Below, piece after piece: positions 58,362 to 64,000 of a DNA stretch of 64,000 nucleotides (positions within the stretch are counted from its first letter, which is position 1; every line of letters starts with the position of its first letter). The stretch is from Bacteriovoracaceae bacterium (GTDB lineage Bacteria; Bdellovibrionota; Bacteriovoracia; Bacteriovoracales; Bacteriovoracaceae). The position numbers and the translations under genes are program-made. The stretch is from assembly GCA_965217035.1 (NCBI GenBank), contig OZ244226.1, positions 1,904,146 through 1,968,145 of the forward strand, in the 5' to 3' direction. A model generated the notes under the pieces. The model had not been told where the DNA came from, searched no databases, and saw nothing but the letters and a program-made list of their open reading frames with translations.

Positions 58362-58882
58362 TTGCATTATTTATTCTTTCATCTACAGGTATCAGTTCTG
58401 AAAAAAAATACACAGAGACAGAATTAGAAAAAGAAGTTAATAAAAGACTCGATGCTAAGATCGAAAAAATTATTAAAAGAATTAAAAAGAAGAGTGTTGC
58501 TGAACTAACGAAAGAGATTCTCGATCGAGAGAAAGATATTGAGAAAAGAGAAAAGGCAATTACTGTAAAAGAAGAAAAATTTCAAAATACGACTCAGGAC
58601 TTTGAAAGACAAATTATGGAATTTGAAAAAAGACAAAACAACTTCATCGCTTGCGTCGATAAAACCAATAAAGAACAAGACAGTCGGATAAAGAAAATGG
58701 TTGAAGTTGTTGCCAATATGAAGCCTGCTAAAGCAGCAGATATTATTGGAGTGCAAGACCAGGATATTGCGGTAAGAATTCTTTCCAAGCTAGATACGAC
58801 TAAGGCCTCGAAAATATTCAACCTTTTAGATAAGGAAAAGTCTGCCCAGCTTCAAAAGATGTATCTAAATATGAAAAGATAG
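58340..58882 (+). CDS. MotE/YlxF/FlbB-like periplasmic flagellar protein (MgtE_N-like domain)
   Basis: Signal/TM, coiled coil, MKPAKAADII...KASKIFNLL; between fliJ and fliK. Confidence 0.8.
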   Translation: MAKIQWIIALFILSSTGISSEKKYTETELEKEVNKRLDAKIEKIIKRIKKKSVAELTKEILDREKDIEKREKAITVKEEKFQNTTQDFERQIMEFEKRQNNFIACVDKTNKEQDSRIKKMVEVVANMKPAKAADIIGVQDQDIAVRILSKLDTTKASKIFNLLDKEKSAQLQKMYLNMKR

Positions 58883-58886
58883 ATGT

Positions 58887-60200
58887 ATGCTGCGCGTCGA
58901 AAAGCAATTAACAGATTCAAGTTTAGTCCAAGGGCAAAATAAGGCTCAAGGACAGGGTTTATCGCTCGGTAACAAGGCCCAAAACTCTAATCAGGCTCAA
59001 TTATTCCAATCGGAACTTCTCAGCGTATTAGGCGGTAATCAAGAACAGGAAGCAAACCTTGAACTTTTAACAGCACAGAATCAAGCATCGCCGGAGCAAA
59101 TCTTGGCACAGAGAGAAGCAGCTCTTAAGCTGGTTGCAAACACTGAGGTTTCACTCCCAAAGGTAGAGGCAGAGTTCGCTACTGTGATTAAGCCTTCTGG
59201 TGAGGAACAGCTAACCGGGGAAGAGGTTGCTGCTGAACAAAGTGCCCTCGCAAAAAATATTAAGTCAGAGATTAAGGTTCTTGAAAAACTTCTCACTGAT
59301 AATCCTGATAAGGTTAATGTTAAAGTCGTTGAGGCAGAGTCTACTAATACTAAGAAATCGAATATCGGAAAAATGGGTTCCCCTTGGAATATGGAAAGTA
59401 TTCTTGAGGGAGGTAAGTCGATGGTTGGCGAAGAGAGTTCAATTAAGAGCTTAAAAAATAAAGAAAATCTAAGTGTTCAAAGAGAAATTAATGAATTAGA
59501 TAACAAAGTTCTGACGAACGCTAACAACAAAATTAAACAAACAAAATCTTTGCAAAAGTTTAATACCTTTAAACAAGAAAATCCTTTCAAGTCAGCTCTT
59601 ATGAATGAAGCGATAGATCTTAAAAAATCAGGGCCAACTGTCTTTGAGAGAGATCAAAAATTTGAAAACCCTCAGGATGTTCAGAGAAGCAATATTATGA
59701 ATTTAGGAAGTCATGCCAGCGCAATGAATGCAACTCATAAACTCGCAACAAATATGACTTTTAAAGTTGCCCCTGAGGCTGAAGTTCATAAGGTGAATGA
59801 CGTTTCTCAGCAAATCATTGATTATATTAGGCAGAATGCGAAAGTTGATAATGGTAATGTTGAGGTTCAATTCAACCACGAAGCTCTTGGTGACATTATT
59901 TTAAAAGTAAATGAAGCAGAAAAAGGAATTGTAAATATCAATTTACAATCATTACAAAAGCAAGGCGTTGAGTTCTTTAAGGCGAATCAATCTGAGATTA
60001 TAGACGCTCTTGCAAAGACAGGTATTAAAGTTGCTGACTTCAATGTGAGCCAAGCTTCGAGTAACGAAGGAAATAACTCTTGGAGTTTCGAAGGAAATTC
60101 TCAAGGACAACAACACCAACAAAAGAATCAACAACAAGAACAAGATACAGAGAGAAGAAAGCAACTGTGGCAACAGTATCAAAATCAGGAGGCTGCGTAG
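58887..60200 (+). CDS. fliK: Flagellar hook-length control protein FliK
   Basis: Low-complexity N-terminus, T3S4-like domain (FNHEALGDI...LAKTGI), Gln-rich tail, position before flgD. Confidence 0.8.
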   Translation: MLRVEKQLTDSSLVQGQNKAQGQGLSLGNKAQNSNQAQLFQSELLSVLGGNQEQEANLELLTAQNQASPEQILAQREAALKLVANTEVSLPKVEAEFATVIKPSGEEQLTGEEVAAEQSALAKNIKSEIKVLEKLLTDNPDKVNVKVVEAESTNTKKSNIGKMGSPWNMESILEGGKSMVGEESSIKSLKNKENLSVQREINELDNKVLTNANNKIKQTKSLQKFNTFKQENPFKSALMNEAIDLKKSGPTVFERDQKFENPQDVQRSNIMNLGSHASAMNATHKLATNMTFKVAPEAEVHKVNDVSQQIIDYIRQNAKVDNGNVEVQFNHEALGDIILKVNEAEKGIVNINLQSLQKQGVEFFKANQSEIIDALAKTGIKVADFNVSQASSNEGNNSWSFEGNSQGQQHQQKNQQQEQDTERRKQLWQQYQNQEAA

Positions 60201-61052
60201 ATGCCAGAAATCGGAGCTCCAGTTAATCGAGTTCAGCAAGAACTTAGAAAAGTTCAAATACGTTCGAAGGGACGTGATGCTAAGAAATTAACTGATTCTC
60301 AGATTATTGAACAAGCGACTGGCCGAAAAGTTGGAACTAAAGGTGCTCCTGTCGTTTCGAGACAAGCAAGGAACAAGATTGGGAAAGATGAATTCCTTAA
60401 AATGTTAACTCATCAAATGCAAAATCAAGACCCTCTCAATCCAATGGATCAGAATAAATTCGCTGCTGATCTCGCACAGTTTTCACAATTGGAACAATTA
60501 ACGAATATGAACTCAAAGTTTGATAGCTTAAAAGAAAACTCTAATATGGAGAGAAAGTTTTTCGCTGCAAACTTTGTTGGAAAAACTATTGTCACAAACG
60601 GGAACTCTGTTCAGCTTAAAGAAGATGGAGCTCCAACTAATATTTTCTTTAATCTTGAAGAAAATGCAAAAAATGTTATTGTGCGAATTCTTGATTCAAA
60701 AAATAATGTCGCTAATGAAATTAAGCTTGAAGACCTTCCGAAAGGAGCTCAGTCTACTCAGTGGAATGGTAAGGCCCTTGATGGATTTGACTCACCAAAA
60801 GGTGATTATAAAGTTGTTGTCAAAGCTTGGGATGAAGCTTTTAGGGAAATTCCGACAAAAACTTCTCATGAAGGTGTTGTGAAGTCGGTTTACTTTGACG
60901 GGGATGAACCATTGCTTGATTTAGGTAATAGAAAAATCTCTCTCAGAGATGTCACAAGCTTTCATATGAATTCTCCGAGTAAGAAAAGTCCTGCTCAGGG
61001 AGCGAAAGAGTTTACGAAAAATGCAAAACCCAATAACAAGGTAATACAGTAA
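60201..61052 (+). CDS. flgD: Flagellar hook capping protein FlgD
   Basis: FLKMLTHQMQNQDPLNPMD, LAQFSQLEQ, WNG..G.Y Ig domain. Confidence 0.95.
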   Translation: MPEIGAPVNRVQQELRKVQIRSKGRDAKKLTDSQIIEQATGRKVGTKGAPVVSRQARNKIGKDEFLKMLTHQMQNQDPLNPMDQNKFAADLAQFSQLEQLTNMNSKFDSLKENSNMERKFFAANFVGKTIVTNGNSVQLKEDGAPTNIFFNLEENAKNVIVRILDSKNNVANEIKLEDLPKGAQSTQWNGKALDGFDSPKGDYKVVVKAWDEAFREIPTKTSHEGVVKSVYFDGDEPLLDLGNRKISLRDVTSFHMNSPSKKSPAQGAKEFTKNAKPNNKVIQ

Positions 61053-61438
61053 TGTCTGAAATTAGTAAGATTATTAAAAGTCATATACCTAAGGCGGATA
61101 AGGTTGGAAAAAAACCTGCTGCTAAAAGTGATTCGAAAGATTTTGAAAAAATCTTAAAAAATCATTTTCATCAAAAAGAATCGACGGATATTAAAATTTC
61201 TAAACATGCCTCGAAGAGACTTGCTGAAAGAAATATCGAGATCGGTTCAGATGAACTTGTAAAACTGAAAGAAGCAGCTGGGATGTTGAGAGCTAAGGGT
61301 GGAAAAGAATCATTAATTATTACTGAAAATGCGGCGTATATCGTCGATGTTAATAAAAATACGTTAATTACAGCTATGAATAAAGGAAAGATGGATGACA
61401 ATATCGTAACAAATATTGATTCTACAATTTTTGTATAA
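61052..61438 (+). CDS. Flagellar operon protein (TIGR02530-like)
   Basis: IKISKHASKRLAERNI, KGGKESL, AYIVDVNKNTLITAM, NIVTNIDS. Confidence 0.85.
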   Translation: MSEISKIIKSHIPKADKVGKKPAAKSDSKDFEKILKNHFHQKESTDIKISKHASKRLAERNIEIGSDELVKLKEAAGMLRAKGGKESLIITENAAYIVDVNKNTLITAMNKGKMDDNIVTNIDSTIFV

Positions 61439-61448
61439 ACACTATGGT

Positions 61449-61472
61449 GAGGCTGGTCCGCAAGGGAGCCTC
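61449..61472 (+). promoter_or_regulatory. Hairpin in the flgE leader
   Basis: GAGGCT-GG-TCC-GCAA-GGG-AGCCTC: GNRA-capped stem with a GG bulge and no U-tract. Confidence 0.5.
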
Positions 61473-61522
61473 TCCGGAAGTGAATTATTCGTCTAATAAT
61501 TCACAATTTCTAGGAGGGAAAA

Positions 61523-62803
61523 ATGGGTGTTTTAGGTTCATTTAACATTGGTATCTCTGGTCTTCGTGCCGCTGGTGACAGCATGAGCGTTACAGGGGAT
61601 AACATTGCAAACGCTGGAACTTTTGGTTTCAAAAGATCTAGAGCTGAGTTTCAGGACCTTGTTGCAAGATCTCTGAAAGGTGTAGAAGGTGGAGATCAAC
61701 TTGGAACAGGTTCTAAAATGGCTCACATCACACCGATGTTTACTCAAGGTACAGTCAACCGTACTGACAACACGACAGATTTAGCAATTAATGGTGGTGG
61801 TTTTTTCACTATTGAAACTGAGTTTGGTCGTGGCTACACAAGAGATGGAGCTTTCCGTTTTGATAAAGATGGTCATCTCACGACAGCTGATGGAGAGTTC
61901 GTTATGGGATTCAAAGCTGATGAGAACGGGAAGATTACAAACAGTCTTAAGAAAATTAATCTTGGAAACACAACAATTCCAGCATCGGGAACAGGGGAAG
62001 TAAAAATGCTTATGAACCTTGATTCAAGAGCTAAGGTTATTGAGTTTAATCCAGAACAAGCCGAAAAAACTTCAAACTACAACACGACTGTTGCTGTTTA
62101 CGATAATGTTGGTACTGAAAGACTAATTAGAATGTATTTCAATAAAACGGAAGACAACTCTTGGACTTATAGAGCGATGGTAGATGGTGATGATGCTCAA
62201 GGTGGAGAACCAGGGAAGCTTGTTCAGATGGCAACTGGAACCATTAAGTTTAATGACAAAGGTCTTTTACAAGAAGTAACTGAGAATGATAACTCATTTA
62301 ACTTCAATAAAGGTGCTAAGCAGGATCAGAAGATCAAGTTCAACTTTGGTAAAACAATTGCCAATGGTGGAAATGGATTAGATGCAGGAACTCAGTATGG
62401 ATCAGATTCAACTGTTTCACGTCACACGCAAGACGGGTTTGGTGCAGCAACATTATCATCAGTTTCATTCAACGATGATGGAGTTCTTACAGCATTTTAT
62501 GACAATGGTGTAACAAAAGATCTTTCTCAAATTGCAATTGGAAAGTTTGAAAACAACGAAGGACTTAGAAAAATGGGGAGAAACCTCTTTAAGGAAACTC
62601 GTAAGTCAGGACAAGCAGCAATTGGTCATCCTGGATTTGATGGAAGAGGAAGAGTCCTTTCGAAATCAATCGAGCTTTCAAACGTTGATATTGCTGATGA
62701 ATTTATTAACATGATGAATTCTCAGAGAAATTTCCAAGCAAATACGAGAACTATTACAACAGCAGACTCGATGCTTCAGGAAATCTTAAATCTTAAGCGA
62801 TAA
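61523..62803 (+). CDS. flgE: Flagellar hook protein FlgE
   Basis: GISGL, GDNIANAGTFGFK, TDLAINGGGFF, YTRDGAF, ELSNVDI, QRNFQAN, ILNLKR. Confidence 0.96.
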   Translation: MGVLGSFNIGISGLRAAGDSMSVTGDNIANAGTFGFKRSRAEFQDLVARSLKGVEGGDQLGTGSKMAHITPMFTQGTVNRTDNTTDLAINGGGFFTIETEFGRGYTRDGAFRFDKDGHLTTADGEFVMGFKADENGKITNSLKKINLGNTTIPASGTGEVKMLMNLDSRAKVIEFNPEQAEKTSNYNTTVAVYDNVGTERLIRMYFNKTEDNSWTYRAMVDGDDAQGGEPGKLVQMATGTIKFNDKGLLQEVTENDNSFNFNKGAKQDQKIKFNFGKTIANGGNGLDAGTQYGSDSTVSRHTQDGFGAATLSSVSFNDDGVLTAFYDNGVTKDLSQIAIGKFENNEGLRKMGRNLFKETRKSGQAAIGHPGFDGRGRVLSKSIELSNVDIADEFINMMNSQRNFQANTRTITTADSMLQEILNLKR

Positions 62804-63697
62804 TTAATTAGGCTTAAGGATGTCATCACTGACGACATCCTTAAGCTTTTTCTTTTCTAAAATCTGGCACAAATCAATTGAAAATTTCTGATAATCTCCA
62901 TACTTTGGAAAAAGTGTGTAGCCTTCAATGGGACAAAGAAACTCTCGATTCTTTAAGAGATTTTTTCCTTTTGAGACAGGTTGGAGATTTGTTAGACCAC
63001 TGACTAATAAATCATCTTCACTTTGCTTGATTACTTTTTTAGAGAAAAGATAACAAGATCTTTCTAGATTAATAGATTGAACTTCTCCCTCGAAATCTAA
63101 AAAATTGTGTATGATTTCTAGTCCTTTATCAAAATAATCCTGATTAAATCCCATCTTTCCAAGTTCTACTGTCAAGAAGGGGAGTGAGTTTTTTAATGCA
63201 AAACTTCCAAATCCTTCACCTTCTGAACTCATTTTAGGTTCTCTTAAAAAAACGAGGGGGCTACTTGGAAAAATCTCTGCCATTTGTAACGATTCTTTAT
63301 GATTCCGACAAAGAAAAAACTCTCTCTCTGAATCGTGAGATGTTTGATGAATATCAAGAACATATTGAAATGTAGAAGCAAAGGTTTCGATTTCCTTGGC
63401 CCTATTTTCTTCAAACTTTTCATTATTTTTTTCAAGGAAAGAACGATTTAAATCTCTTTCAACAAAGCGTTTATTAATGAGAGTGGCTTCTCTATTTCCT
63501 AGTATTAATCCAAAGGGTTTTTGAGATGGTTGTTCAAGAAGATAATTGATAAGATGAAGTCCTAGAGTTTCATTTCCATGAATCATTATGGAAAGTAAAT
63601 GTTTAGGGTTTTTGCCTATTATCCAGCAGTCATTTGCGACTTTTTGTATATGAGATTGATCAATAAGAGAGTCAAATTTTTTTAGTTCCGTATTCAT
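62804..63697 (-). CDS. Succinylglutamate desuccinylase/aspartoacylase-family (M14-like) hydrolase
   Basis: IHGNE, GN..A...KRF..DLNRSF, VLDIH, TVELG. Confidence 0.85.
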   Translation of the reverse strand: MNTELKKFDSLIDQSHIQKVANDCWIIGKNPKHLLSIMIHGNETLGLHLINYLLEQPSQKPFGLILGNREATLINKRFVERDLNRSFLEKNNEKFEENRAKEIETFASTFQYVLDIHQTSHDSEREFFLCRNHKESLQMAEIFPSSPLVFLREPKMSSEGEGFGSFALKNSLPFLTVELGKMGFNQDYFDKGLEIIHNFLDFEGEVQSINLERSCYLFSKKVIKQSEDDLLVSGLTNLQPVSKGKNLLKNREFLCPIEGYTLFPKYGDYQKFSIDLCQILEKKKLKDVVSDDILKPN

Positions 63698-63720
63698 TTT
63701 TTAAGAATATTAAAACTTTC

Positions 63721-63999
63721 TTACTCCGCAAAGCCCATATAGAGGGAATCACCTGATATTATATCAACAAAAAGAGGTTTCTCCAGATCTCTCAGATAGA
63801 TATAATTGCTTAAAATAGAAAACTCACCGGCGCCTATTTGAAATTGGCACTGAGTAGAGCTTCCATCTAGGAAGACAATTTTTGAACTTGCAATATATCT
63901 ATAAGTGTCATTGAGAAATTCGAAATAATGGCGAGTTTCAATGAAATTGATAGAACTTTCATTAAGGCTCGTTAAGCTGCAATCTTCAGTATCTTTTTT
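63721..63999 (-). CDS. Hypothetical protein, C-terminal part (enters from the right edge)
   Basis: Read by hand: open frame KKDTEDCSLTSLNESS...IISGDSLYMGFAE, stop at 63721. Confidence 0.55.
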   Translation of the reverse strand, partial: KKDTEDCSLTSLNESSINFIETRHYFEFLNDTYRYIASSKIVFLDGSSTQCQFQIGAGEFSILSNYIYLRDLEKPLFVDIISGDSLYMGFAE

Positions 64000-64000
64000 A

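Noticed and set aside
60105..60145. CAA-rich repeat as a contingency locus
   Set aside because: Imperfect, and it encodes the usual Gln-rich FliK tail
2438..63435. Many 60-125 aa ORFs antisense to or out of frame within long genes (e.g. 4486-4809, 8689-9063, 22259-22591, 33426-33764, 53562-53930, 56892-57206)
   Set aside because: Shadow ORFs of well-supported genes with no RBS or recognisable motifs
1..64000. CRISPR arrays, rRNA, intact IS/transposases, prophage or defence genes
   Set aside because: No regularly spaced repeats or diagnostic motifs were seen on reading the sequence

Overview
AT-rich bacterial chromosome segment. Gene content and protein style point to a predatory Bdellovibrionota, Bacteriovoracaceae/Halobacteriovorax-like (inference). 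From left to right it contains: (1) a small decayed island bounded by the 3' end of a tRNA-Ile2(CAT) gene and a 10-bp copy of that end, holding a frameshifted recombinase-domain gene and secreted-protein genes; (2) housekeeping and envelope genes (dapF, apt, rlmL-like, thrB-like, ahcY, rpiB, MntR/DtxR regulator, M3 peptidase, HtrA protease, psd, mltD, mtgA, lptF/G, pepA, trmL, rodZ-like, pilF/tgl-like, Ktr/Trk K+ uptake, lepA, nfu, recO, yceI, gmhB, alpha2-type glyQS, mpl, metK), mixed with lineage-specific secreted proteins under sigma28 or sigma54 promoters; (3) a flagellar cluster (two sigma54-activator-family genes, a large TPR protein, flgBC-fliEFGHIJ-motE-like-fliK-flgD-TIGR02530-flgE). 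The most notable feature is a 71-aa bacterial histone-fold protein (38456-38671) related to Bdellovibrio Bd0055 and archaeal HMf, with an extra lysine-rich N-terminal tail and signs of high expression. Other candidates are a sigma28-driven Cys-rich putative membrane-active secreted protein, a sigma54 activator coupled to two orphan HTH proteins, a sensor with no output domain in the Ktr operon, a degenerate GAFTGA-less flagellar activator, a hidden SleB-like hydrolase domain, and three structured non-coding elements. No CRISPR array, rRNA or intact transposase was seen. All calls come from reading the sequence by eye; no database searches were run.
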